Shown here piece after piece: positions 1 through 30,727 of a stretch of 64,000 nucleotides of DNA. The notes below the pieces were generated by a model. It was not told the origin of the DNA. It saw only the letters and a list, made by a program, of their open reading frames with translations, and searched no databases. Each line of letters begins with the position of its first letter. Positions within the stretch are counted from its first letter, which is position 1. The translations under genes and the position numbers were made by a program. Location of the stretch: positions 52,080,001-52,144,000 of the forward strand of contig NC_087451.1 of assembly GCF_036321535.1 (NCBI RefSeq). Direction: 5' to 3'. The stretch is from Camelus dromedarius. Taxonomy: Eukaryota.

Positions 1-930
1 TGTTTCTATCTTCTGCCAGCCTGAAATCAGGCTCTGAGCAGACATGCCTGAGACGCTCTGGCTCCCCGGGTCTAGCATACTTCCCCAAGCTTGGTCAAGT
101 GTCGCGTGGGCAGCCGGCTGCAGAGGCCCCACTTCCCTGTCCGTCTTAGCCACTGGCGACCTCGCACACATCACCTCAAACGAACAGAGGACAACTCCCA
201 AAAGATGGAACACGGGACCCTGCGAGGGGCAGGATTGGGATGCGGGAGAACCACATCCCCAAACTTCTCCAAGGAGCCTCCAAACTCCAGCCGCGTCCTT
301 CTTCCAAGAACCCCTCTGGCCTCCTCCACTAGGAAGCAGGGTCAGGCTAGTTCCTTTAAATGCTGACGCAGGCAGCCCCGTACCTGACTCAGTTTCCTCT
401 GCAGTAAAGCTGCACCTTTCCCCGACAAACCAAGTGAACCCGCTGATCTGCAGGGCGAGTGGGGATTTCTGAAGATAACGTCTCCAGTTACTGCCCCCAC
501 AGGTGAAAACCCTTCCTTGAGCGGACTTTTAACGGGACAGGTGCGGGCTACCCCGAATGCGCAGACTTCCAGCGAGGCAGGGCTTCCCCCATCCCCTGTA
601 GGCAGGGGAAGTCCCAGGCCGCGCCCGGGAAAAAGGCGCCCCCAGACCACAGCCTGGTGAGACCCGAGGCCGAGCAGCGCCCCCCACCCCGCTCTCCCCC
701 AGGACTCCACCCCAGGCCGGGCGCCCCGCGGATCCCAGCGCCGCCGCCGCCGCCGCCGCCTCACCTGCCGCCGCCGCCTCCTCCTCACCTGCCGCCGCCG
801 CCTGCCCGACCCGCACCTGGGAGGGGAGGGGCCGGATCCGGGCCGCGGACGCCTCAGGCAGGGGGGCTGCGGGCTCCTCCGCGGCGACGTCTTGGGGGCT
901 GAGGGGCACCGGGGGGCGGTCGCGACATCC
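1..930 (-). other. RFFL: 5' end of RFFL (ring finger and FYVE-like domain E3 ligase): non-coding first exon and start of intron 1; the gene continues off the left edge
   Basis: CpG island with minus-strand donors CAG|GTGCGG (exon end 817), CAG|GTGAGG (789) and CAG|GTGAGG (765). No coding sequence is in the window. Identity rests on conserved synteny (RFFL lies just downstream of RAD51D on the same strand). TSS is approximate. Confidence 0.6.
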
Positions 931-1300
931 TCACGGGCGGCCCCAGGAAGTTGCCCCCCCCAACCTCATCCCCTGCCGCCGGGCCCGGTCGCTCCCGCCC
1001 CTCACGCGGCCCCGCCTCCGGCGTGGCCCCGCCCCCCTCGGGAGGGCGCCTCCACTCCCGCCGCGCCTGAGCCACCATAGAGAGGGGTGAGGCGTGCAGC
1101 GGGCTAGAGCGTAGCCTCCGCGCGTGCCCCCTGGCGGAGCCCAGGTCGCTGGAGGCGGGGTCGTATGAGGCTGAACCGGGTGAGCAGTCGGTACCTACCC
1201 TAAAATCAGGGCGTCCGCTGCTCCTGTTGCCTTGGTCACCGAACTCCACGCGAGGAGCTCGAGGGTCTCGGTCTGTGGTCCAGCGTGGTGACCCTCGGCG
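600..1300. promoter_or_regulatory. CpG island / RFFL promoter
   Basis: Very high GC and CpG density; GC boxes (ccccgcctcc, ccccgccccc) at ~1008-1035; ETS core CAGGAAGT at ~944-951. Confidence 0.8.
1124..1137 (-). promoter_or_regulatory. CTCF-like motif
   Basis: Reverse complement reads CCGCCAGGGGGCAC, 14/14 to the CCRSYAGRKGGCRS core. Confidence 0.6.
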
Positions 1301-1786
1301 AGTCCAGTAACATCTGTTTCATAATAAAAGTTTGAAAGTGGCCTCACCGTCCTAGCTCATTGTTCCGCACAACAGTGGCCATTAGCCAGTGATGTCTCCT
1401 AAATTACTATGGAAGAAACCCAGGCCCTTCACTGGCTGATTCCAAGTCCCATAGCTGATAGGTGTTAGAAGCCAGATACGTAGGCTATCGAAACTCATGT
1501 TTGTCCCATTCTCTGGCACCTCCCTCGCAGAGCATTTCCCAGTCTAAGCCCCAAGGTTAGCTAGTTTCACCTTAAGAAGGTGAGAAACTGCTCAGAGGAA
1601 GGCCCAACTCTTCTGAACTCCAATTTCCTCATCCCTGAAGAAATTGGTATGGTTGGTATGAAGCCAGTTGAGAGGATTAAATAAGCACATAGAAGTGCTT
1701 AGTAAACTATAAAGCTCTAGAGTTGCTTGGGAAATCATTACCCAACGTGGGCTAATACAATGCCTACTCGTGAAAATAATATAGTC

Positions 1787-1921
1787 GGGGGGAGGGTATA
1801 GCTCAGTGGTAGAGTGCCTGCCTTGCAAGCACAAGGCCCTGGATTCAATCTCCAGTACCTCCATTAAAAAATAAATAAATAAACCTGATTACCTTCCCCC
1901 CTAAAAAAAAAAAGAAAGAAA
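1787..1921 (+). mobile_element. Camelid tRNA-Ala-derived SINE (Vic-type), long form
   Basis: tRNA-like head with A and B boxes, 'aaacctgattaccttcccc' tail and A-rich end; 15-bp TSD gaaaataata(t/c)agtc at 1772-1786 and 1922-1936. Confidence 0.9.
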
Positions 1922-2041
1922 GAAAATAATACAGTCAGTTCAAATCCTTCTTCTGGTGGTGTCTAGTGACACCTAATTTTTTTATACCTTAGATTCCTAT
2001 CGAGACCTCCTAGAATTGCTCTGAGCAATTTGCATCTTTCT

Positions 2042-2160
2042 AAAAATTTTTAAATTGAACTATAGTTGATTTACAATGTTGTGTTAGTTTCAGGTGTACA
2101 GCAAACTGATTCAGTTATACACATACATATGTGTACTTTTTCAGATTCTTTTCCACTTGT
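2042..2160 (-). mobile_element. L1 3' end fragment
   Basis: Motif 'tatagttgatttacaatgttgtgttagtttcaggtgtacagcaa', typical of an antisense artiodactyl L1 3' UTR. Confidence 0.7.
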
Positions 2161-4454
2161 ATTTTAAAATAAGGAATATCACAAGGAAAAGTAAAGTGAA
2201 AATAATATTTATACATGCAGACTCTGTCACTTTACATGTATTAGTTTCAATCTTCATAACCCAGCAAACTAAGTACTATTATTCCCACGTTACTAATGAA
2301 GATCTGCAGGTTAAGTAATTTACCCAAAGCCACACAGTTAGGAAAAGGCCGAGTTGGAATTTGAAACCAGGTCTTTCCACCAAGAGGAATGCATGGAAAG
2401 ACTGGCCTGCTAGAGGCCTCCCGCCCCTGAATTTTATGTGCCCATCTTTTTCATATATATCTATTTTGGTAACTTTTCTTGATGCAAGTCCCTGTCTTCT
2501 CTACTTCTCTCCAGGCAGGCATTTATTGTCTTCTCTTTTCCGCTCTCTGACTCCTTTTCTCTTGAGATGCCAGGTCCTTGTTCATCTTCCCTTATTTCTG
2601 AAAGGCATTTGTGACCTGTGATGAAGGCCCAACATTCCCCACCCAATCTCTCCTTCTCTTAGTGTTAATTATAGTCATAGAAAGTTAATAGTCCCAGAAC
2701 AAGGAGGGAGTGAGACCCAGAGATGTCTTTTTGTAAGTTGAGTTTCCAAACTAAGTGCTCAGTTCTGAAAGGGAGGCACTTAAGTCACTGATTGGCCTAA
2801 TAACTGGAGTCTGAATTCATGACATCCTGTGGAAATCATTTTTTCTGGGCCCTGTGGTCCATATTACAGCTAAATCACTGGAATGCTGCTAAATAATGTG
2901 CACATCACTAAATCGAGGAGGGCTCGGAGCTGCATTTACCCACACTCCTCCTTTCTCCACCTTCAACACTATCACATCACTATTTTTCATCTTTATGGTG
3001 CCCTTCCACAGAGGCACTCAATAATGTACCCATTGTGGAAGTAATCTGAAATCCTTTTCAGCAAGCAATAGTATTTAGTAGTAATAAAACACTAATTTGT
3101 CTACCAAGTGACATATTTATAGGAGCTGTATATTTTGACATATTTTTATTATTTCTATTCATTTGCTAAGTACTTTCCAATACATATTTATGAAGCACAT
3201 GCCTTTCCCCAAACAGCAGTGAAAAAAAAAAAGAATCGTATTATTTCTTTTGTTAGTAGTAGCATAGCTTTTAAGTCCTAGAGCCCTGATTTTTGTTACT
3301 TTAGGTTAAGAGCCAGAAGAGTTAATGGTGATTGAGCACCTACTATATGCCAGACTCTGTGAAAGGCACTTTACATAAATTATGTTTAATTCCCTTGAGA
3401 CATATATTTTACCAATATAGAAAGTGAAATTCCCCTGCAACGTATATGTTACCAACAAGACAGAGACATTCCCTTGTCCAGGTACTTCAGCTAGAAAGGA
3501 CTCAGCAGCATTTTGAACCTAGATTTTCCCGATTCCAAATCCCAAATCATCAGTCCACTTCACCAGCCCCCTCTTAACTTCTCTGGACCTAACAAATTTT
3601 GTAAAACACAAAGTATTCCTTTCTGAGAGAGGCTGTGTAGGTTATCCCAGAATGGAACAGTTAGCAATAAACAGACATGGGATGCTAACCCCAATTTTTC
3701 TATGGGAGGTTATCCTCTGAGGGAATTATTAATAAATCAGTGGCAGGGTGTTTCCCAAAAAGATGGACCAATGCAAGAATTCTACTCATTCCTGGAGACA
3801 TGACCATCTACAAAGTTTTCAGGGCACAGTGCAAATGTTGGGCCCTTGTTCAAAAGCATTGAGAATTTCAGGATGGCAACAGCAGACCATTAAATTAAGC
3901 CCAGGGCTCTGTGCAGCTGCACTGGTCACACTATCATGAAGGCAGCCATGCCTGAACACAAGGAAGCTGTCACCAGTTTCTCCTAGGCATCCTGGGCCTT
4001 ACAATGATACAAAATTGCATAGTTATTATATGCCTAGGGAAGTATTTGGTGTTTAACATAAGCTATACTGCTGGAAAACAGTTCTATGAAGCAGGAATTA
4101 TTTTCCCCATTTCCCAGTTGATGAAACCAAACTTAAAGAGGCTAAGTGACTCATCCAAGGACATACAGTGTCAGCTGAGACCGAAGTAAATGAGATATAA
4201 ATCTTGTTCCTTGACTTTGCATCCTTTTCAGAATAAGCTCATTGTCTTCTGGCAAAACCCAGGCTTATACTGAGACTATTACACCCAGAAACTAGAGAGG
4301 CAGGAAGAGCTAGGGTTCAAAGGAGTCAAGCTTGTGCAGCAGCCGATGTGCACTTGCACACCTCCGGGATGCGTGGACCTTCCACCGGCTGGGAGAGAGA
4401 ATTTTACGCATGTCAAAGGGAGTGGCCAGTACCTGGCCTCCCTCTCCAGGATAG

Positions 4455-4650
4455 ACAGGAAACACAATGAGGTCTTTACCTTGATAAAAGGTAACTACAG
4501 GGAACCTACAGCATCTTACTTGGTTATCATATATTGGCCAACAGCTTGCTAAAGTCAGGAACAAGACAGGGATGATGGCTTTTGTTACTTCTTTTCAACT
4601 TAGCACCAGGAGTTAGTTTAGCCAGTGCAATAAGACAGGAATACGTGGGA
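4455..4650 (+). mobile_element. Ancient L1 ORF2 (RT region) fragment
   Basis: Degenerate translation LIKGNYREPTA and 'agtcaggaacaagacagggatg' match the L1 ORF2 LIKGIY.KPTA...SGTRQG region. Confidence 0.65.
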
Positions 4651-5499
4651 GAAACACCTTTTTGAGGGTAAGCTTGGGTGAATAATCTACCTAACTGTAA
4701 TTTAAACTCCATGCATCACAGAGCCTTCTCCAATGCCTATCCCCAAGTAATTGAACCATTTTAACTCTCCCTAGTGCAACTCCGTGCCGGAGCACAGTAA
4801 AAACCTGGTTGGGGTGTGCATCTAAATCCCTCATCTCCTCCTGGCTCACATCTCAGGGATGCATAAACCCTGTTGTTTTTTATTCAGCTTTATTTCCCCC
4901 CAAACCTCCTGTTCACTTTAATAGAAATGATATCTCCCTTTTTTGAGTGTTTGTCATTCTCTCATAACTTCTGCAGGGGAAATTGGAAAGCACTGAGAAA
5001 GTAGATCTCTGGTCCAGCTTTCATGGTGAACAAAGATGAAAAGAGGTTGGGACAGGTAGCCTTGGCTGCTCTCAGGGGAAAATATGAATAATTTAATTGA
5101 AATATTTACATATTCACAGCCAAAGGCAGCATGGGGATGGAAAGAAGTAGGGTCTGGAATCAGACAGATTCAAGTGTGGATTCTGGTGCTGTCCACTTAT
5201 TAGCTTTATGTCCTTAACCTCACTGGATTCCCATTTACTGTCTATAAGATGGAAGGCTTTCCTAAGGTCTAAATAAGATGTGGACGAAAAGGACCTAAGC
5301 ACACATGAGCCTGGATGAACTTGCCTCCTGGACTCTGGCACACACTAGTTGCCCACCCACCATCGAGCTCCTCCACGCACACCCCGTCTTTTCTAGTATA
5401 GCACCCCCTTTCCCTCTGATGGCCATGTGTCTCCAGCCCCTGCTCCATGCCTATTTCTCCATTGGTCTGAGCCAGTCACAGTGGTTCCATTTCCCTTGC

Positions 5500-5880
5500 C
5501 ATGGTTAAATGTGGGTGCATGAAGCAATTCTGCACCAGTGCAGTATGATGTATAAATCTGCTTTGTTGGAAAAAGTTCTCAGTTTTCCTGGTTCTTAAAA
5601 GGACACAAGGAGGTAATCATGTTCCTGCCTGTAGATACCATCCTGCCTGGACAAATGCTCAGAATGGCTGCATCCAGGCTTTGATGAGAACGAGCTCAAA
5701 GACAAAAACCAACCCAAAAGGAGAACAGAGTAGAAAGATGGAACGACCCTATACACCCCTTGATGACAAAACTCTGAATGAGTCAACCTTGGACTTCACG
5801 TTACTAGAGACAATGAATGTTCTTCTTGTTTAAGCCTCTTTAAGCCAGGTTTTGTTATTTGCAGCAGAGAGCAGCCACGA
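5500..5880 (+). mobile_element. MaLR (MLT1-type) LTR remnant
   Basis: 3' motifs 'gacaatgaatgttcttcttgtttaagcc...ttttgttatttgcagcagagagc'; boundaries approximate. Confidence 0.5.
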
Positions 5881-7530
5881 TACATGGACCTTTAGCCTGA
5901 GTCAGACTTGGGAGTTCAAGTGCCTGACTTAAAAGCTAGCACATAGTAGAGACTCAACATTAAATTCTAGTATCAAACCAAGAACATAAAACAGTCCTGT
6001 ATAAAAAGACATGTAAGAAAGACACCCTGAGGACTCAATGACAGGATCATGTTGAAAACATTGTGTTCTTCCTTTGCCATCTTTAAAATAAATTAAAGCC
6101 CACACATTTGTATATTTAACAATTACTGAGCTCCCACACTGTGGAAAGAACAAAAGAAACATTGACATGAGAACCCTTCAAGTGTGTCGTGGGCTCATGG
6201 GCAGACAAGTAAGACAAGTATGAGTGAGTGGTACAGGAGGATTATGATGTCTATCTAGACCACAGCTGAGACGTAAACAAGGGTGGATGTCAGGATGGGT
6301 ATGCACCAGACTCTGAGTGGGTGGAGGCAGACACAGAAGCAAAGGGAGCAAAAGGCACGCGGGCAGGAGAGCCAGGCTGGCCTGAGGCCTGTTAGGAGAG
6401 CCCGGCAGTGTGGTTCGCCCGCAGTGGAGTGTGCGGGACCAGGACAAGGGCAAGGTGAAGCCCTGGTCTGAGACAAGGCCCAGGAGGGAGTGGGTTGGGA
6501 CAGGCAAGGTCCCACAGGAACGTCATGGGTGGTCTGGAGCAGCAGTGAATGGGGCATCTTTCCGTGGCCAGAGAGGCCTCCCGGGTGAGCCTATGGCATC
6601 TTCAGCTGGAGTAAGTGCTCACTGGGGATAGAACTGCGCCATGCGGAAGCATGAAGACAGAGTCCTGGCCAGGGAATCAGGAGTCCTGGGTTCCAGTCCC
6701 TGTTCTGCCACTGGCGCTGTCATTTCTCCTCTTTGGGCTTCAGTTTCCTTCTCCACTAAGTGAGAGGATAGGTCATAAGATCGTTCTAGGCCTCTCAGGC
6801 CACAATATTCTAGGGTCCTGAGTCAGGGACGAGGCACCTGACACCACACACAGGAAGCACGGCAGATAGCAACCAGGCTCCACCTCGAACGCCAATGCCA
6901 ACTAATTGGTTGTGGCTGTGTGGACTGCCACGTGGAGAAAAACTGCAAAGGACACCAAGCTCTGCACAGAGTGGATGCTTGATCGATTGGTGATGCCTGC
7001 GTGGGCTCAGGATGCCCAAAATGGTGCAAGTAGTAGGGATGTGCCATTCCCAGCTTAATGTTTTGTTTCCTACTATGGTTGCAGATATGTGCCGACTGCT
7101 CAAGATGTGAGGATGCTGAAGATTCATTTCTCCCAGGGGGCCTGTGAAAGCAGCAGTGCCAGGGTTCCTTCAGTCTTAGGCTCACCAACCCTGTCCTCAC
7201 TCAGGCAGGTACCCTTGGGACAGTCTGTCACCCATTCCTGGTCCTCGATGCTGTTTGCTTTTATTCCTGCTGTGTTCATCACCTCTAGATGTTGTACCCT
7301 CCACCTGTAACTCTGACCCCTGCTTCCTGCAGGCAAGACACAACTAATTAATTACACAACAGGCTCTCGAACCGAGAAGGGTGACCCTCCTTTAAAAAAA
7401 CCATGGTCAGTAAACACTCCTGATCATTTCTCCTTCAACTTTTATTTCCCCTTCCCTGGTGTCCTCCTGTGCTCCCAGCCAGGGTTACAGCTCACAGATG
7501 AATGGCCACAATGCCATAACAGACAGGGGG

Positions 7531-7536
7531 TTTATT
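7531..7536 (-). terminator. RAD51D: Candidate RAD51D polyadenylation signal AATAAA
   Basis: tttatt on the plus strand about 1.03 kb past the stop codon; further hexamers at 7441-7446 and 7260-7265. Confidence 0.5.
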
Positions 7537-8558
7537 TCATACACTAGGGCACTAGGCTGTGGTACAGCTGGCAGGAAGAGAAGGGTAATTATACTGCATC
7601 TTGGAGCCATAGGCAATGAATTTCTGCATAAAGGACTACATTTGCCATGTATNNNNNNNNNNNNNNNNNNNNNNNNNNNNNNNNNNNNNNNNNNNNNNNN
7701 NNNNNNNNNNNNNNNNNNNNNNNNNNNNNNNNNNNNNNNNNNNNNNNNNNNNNNNNNNNNNNNNNNNNNNNNNNNNNNNNNNNNNNNNNNNNNNNNNNNN
7801 GGCTGGACTCACTGCAAGCAGGTCACATCTTCCCTTCCTGTTAAATTATATCCCTGGGACTGCAATGAGCTCGTGGTCTCACTCAGGCACGGTGATGCAC
7901 ACAGGTGTGTGAAACTAAATCAGCAAGAGGGGAAAAAGGAATAACCATTCTTTGGGGTGTCACTGGGGGAAACCAAAAGACCACCTTCGGAGGGGGGCAA
8001 ATTAGATGGCTCTGGGGCTCAGGGAATTTCCTTTTTATATTTTTAAGGGTGGGACACAGATAATGAAGAGTTTTGCATTGACAAGGTTACTTCTACCCAG
8101 TAACTCAAAGATCGAGCTAAGGGAAAAGGAGCCCCATTTTACAGATGGAAAAACAGAGACAAAAAAATAGAAGAGAAGGGAAACAAAGGCAAGCTAGAGG
8201 CCTCAGGCTCAGTCACTGTGTTAGGGTGGCGCGCAGGTATGATAGTGACACACAGGGTCACCCTCCAGTCACCGATGTGCCTCTTCAGAGATGCCCAAGC
8301 CAAGGTGAACTTGGCTCCCACTGGAAACATACGTGGTAGAAACAAGGGGGAGAAAACCTAGTACCAGCATGAATTTCTGGGCCCTTTCACAACAGCATCC
8401 TCTCTCACCAGTAGTGCTGTGTTCCCAGAGAGAGGAGCTGAGGACTGAGATGTCTGCCCAGCCTGAGAGCTTTTCAGCAGCCCCAAGAGCTACCCCCAAT
8501 TACTCCACAGGAGGGCTGGGGGCCTTGAGGCCTCTCCCTTTCCCAATCAATAGCACAG

Positions 8559-19950
<11,392 letters not shown>

Positions 19951-20540
19951 CCCTAGGCTCAGGGACCTACCCGATAGTGAGGAAAGGCAGTGAAGAGGAA
20001 TCAAATAAATCAGATAATTACCGATCATATGATCAGTGCTAAAAAAGCAGCAGAGCACAGAGAGGGCATCTACTTCTCTATTTTCCAAATAGAGTTTTTA
20101 AATGAACAACAAAATCCCTGAGTATCTAGAACACAATGATTTTGGTATTTTTAAATTCATTTGCTTGACCTCATCCTCTGGAAGAAATAAAAACTTTACA
20201 GGGTTATCTGCTCAAAATCCAATGCGGTAGGTGCTTTGTTCATCTCTATTTCACAGATGAGGAAACTGAGGCTCAGTGCAGTGGAATCAATTGTCAATGT
20301 TTTCACAGCTTATACCGCTGGACTTAGAGCGGACAAATCCACATCTGGGTGCAAAACCAGTACTGTTTTAACAGTGCCGCCCAACCCCTCAAAACTGTTA
20401 TGTTTTGCTACCATGAAGTGGTTTCCTTGAGAACAGAAGCAATGTCTGGTCCCCTTCTGTATGTCCCTGCAGCACCCACCATTGTCACTCAACACATGAA
20501 GACACCTGGGGTGACTGTGTGGCAGAACTTAGAATTCTAG

Positions 20541-20684
20541 GGGGTCAGGTATAGCTCAATGGTAGAGCGCATGCCTAGCATGCACCAGATCCTGGGTCCA
20601 ATCCCAAGTACCTCTATCAAAAAATAAACAAGTAAACCGAATTACCTCTCTCTGCTAAAAAAAACCAAAAAATTAAAAAAAAAA
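20541..20684 (+). mobile_element. Camelid tRNA-derived SINE, long form
   Basis: tRNA head, tail and A-rich end; 10-bp TSD agaattctag at 20531-20540 and 20685-20694. Confidence 0.9.
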
Positions 20685-21230
20685 AGAATTCTAGCACTGA
20701 AACCTGAGTTTAAGTGAGCTATGAACCCCATGAATCATCGGGGCTTTCCCTGTGCCAACACAACTGGACACAGGGGGTTGCAGCCTAGGATGTCTGGATG
20801 GAGAGCCTCAGCAGTCTATGGACAAAGTCTCCCGTTCCCAGACTCATTCCAGTACTGGGTCCCCTTCCTCAACGCCCAGCGTCTTTGTCTCTTCATCCAT
20901 TGCCTCCATTTCAGGGCAGGTCCGAAGAGCACAGGTGGCAAGAAGCACTTTGAGCTCTTCAGAGAAGGGCAGGGCTGCTGTAGCCACAGAGCCTTAGAGC
21001 TGGAAGGGGCCCAGGGGATGCTGTAGCCTGTTCCTGGGTTCTGCCTGCTCCTGACATTGGCCCTGGGCAGCCGCAGCCTCAGATCAAGGGGGAGGCTGGC
21101 CCCTAATTGTTACACTCTGGGATGCTTATGAAGTCAGCTCATTACACCCCCATCCCACCCAAACTAAGGGTGTGTCCACTGCCTCCAGTTTCTCTCTGCT
21201 TCCTGTCAGCTTGGTTGTCCTGCATGGTGA

Positions 21231-28800
<7,570 letters not shown>

Positions 28801-29076
28801 AGGGGGGCCCTGGGAAGCCCCTACCTTCAGCTTTGGCCCAGGGCCTTCAGGAACCAGAACCATGAAATGTACCACCTGCACCATGCCAGGGAGCCGCTGA
28901 CCACCCTGCTGGCCCTGGTCTGGTGGCAGTAGTCCCAGACCACCACCTCTGGGCTGGGGCCAAGGCTAGATGGGAGCTCCACTCACCTGGAGACACCAAA
29001 GACCAGGCCAGGTCAGCCTCCACTGCCTGCAACTACTAGGCTTCCTTCCCCAGATCTGGGCTGGTCCAAGTCCCTC

Positions 29077-29082
29077 ATTAAA
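29077..29082 (+). terminator. FNDC8: Candidate FNDC8 polyadenylation signal ATTAAA
   Basis: First PAS-like hexamer I found, ~280 nt after the stop codon. Confidence 0.45.
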
Positions 29083-30426
29083 AACTGGAGGTCACCAAGC
29101 ACCCTTAAACTCTGCTTCATCCTCCTAATGGCCTCAGCTGAGCCACTGCCACCCATCCTCCTGGCTTCTGCCAGGACCAAGAATCCAGGTGGGTGGGGGG
29201 ACAGGGGCAATGAGATGTTACTACCACCTCCTGCCTGGCTCTGCCAACATCACCCTTTCCCCGTAAGAGGAAGAGGTGGTCCTCAGAGACTAAAACACAC
29301 CAAAAAACCCCAGCAATGTTGGACAGAGGTAGTGGCAACCAGCAGACTGTCAGCATCAGACCTGAGCTCTGCAGGACATGGTGCAAAGTGTACAAGCTTC
29401 GGGGGGAGGGTCTGATTTAACCATGGCCCTTCCTAGATGTGAGGGCATGGGCAAACCACTCAAGCTTCCTGGGCTGGGTTTCCTCACCAAAAATATGGGG
29501 ATGTTGAGACCCTTCTAGGCACGGCCACAGGGTTACTGTGAGGGTCACGTAGGAGCACAGAACAGTGCCTGGCACTGAGCAGGACCTCAGACCTCTCTTT
29601 GTCCCTCACTCAGTCCCATTGCAGAGATGTGCCAGGTGGAAGCCGAGAACCACAGCCAGGTGATGTGCAAAATCCTAAAAGCACAGATGGGAATGGGGGA
29701 TGGTGAGAAGGAACAAAAGGTCAGAGATGCCGTGGCCCCCAGCAGCCCATACAGGGATGGTTTGCAATTCAATCTGGCTAGATGCGCTTTAGCGTTGGAA
29801 CAGAAGAAAGTGGAGGCAAGATGAATGGAGGGTAAGACCTTGCTCTAGGGTCTGAGGATGTCCTTGTGGGGCAGACAACCGTCACCCCAATCACACTACA
29901 CTAACTTGCACTGGAGCTCTCACCACTGCATGGCCTGTTAGGGGGAGCCCTCTGGGACAGCCCTGCCTTCCTCTCTGTACCCCGAGAGTCCAGTGGTGCT
30001 GCATGAGAGGTCGAGGAAAGCACCCCCAGAGCAGCACTGGCTGGCACAAGTCCCTATGATGGTTAAAGTGTCCACCATCTGTGCTGTCCAGATCAGCAGG
30101 CAGCCCTGAACTAGTTGGACAACTGCATTTCTAACTGAAGTGAATTCGAGTTGATGGAAATAGTCACACAGGGTTGGTGCTACCAGAGGGGACAGCACAG
30201 ACTGAGGTCACCCTCTGGCCACTGACATACGGGCTTCAGCTGGCCTCCCCAGCTTTGACTGGCCTCCCCCTCGGAGGCACAGGGGAAAGAGAGGAAAGGC
30301 AACTCCCTGGCCACTATAATTTTGATTTGTTTTGCCCAGAGGGAGGGTGCTACATAGACTGACCTAACACAGTCCTCCGTTGAGCCCTACGAAGAATTAT
30401 AACTCAAACGAACAAAATATAAATTA

Positions 30427-30432
30427 TTTATT
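30427..30432 (-). terminator. NLE1: Candidate NLE1 polyadenylation signal AATAAA
   Basis: tttatt on the plus strand ~300 nt after the stop, followed on the minus strand by a U/GU-rich stretch. Confidence 0.6.
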
Positions 30433-30727
30433 TGGTCACAGAATCCGGGGTCTGACCCTGAATAGAGAGGACATTCAGAAAAGGAGGCAGAAGAATCGCC
30501 TGGCCTCACACCACTCCTGCCGGCACCAGCGAGGTACTGGGTGCTGGCCCAGGGCTGGGCTCAGTGATAACCTCCCATGACCTTTAGTCTCCTGCTCTGG
30601 GAAGGGACCCCACTTGGGTCTGTCAGAGGACAGCAGGCCACACTCGTTCTCAGCCTTTGGTCTCTGTTGGGGCAGGCGGCTGGCAGAGGCTGGGTCCAGG
30701 TGATGGTCCCAGAGAACTTGGGATTTC

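Noticed and set aside
4280-4976. Possible ERV LTR
   Set aside because: The central part translates as L1 ORF2 and I found no TG..CA ends with a TSD.
6178-6800. Cluster of 70-110 aa ORFs between RFFL and RAD51D
   Set aside because: Purine-skewed, degenerate L2-like sequence with no splice-consistent structure or recognisable peptide.
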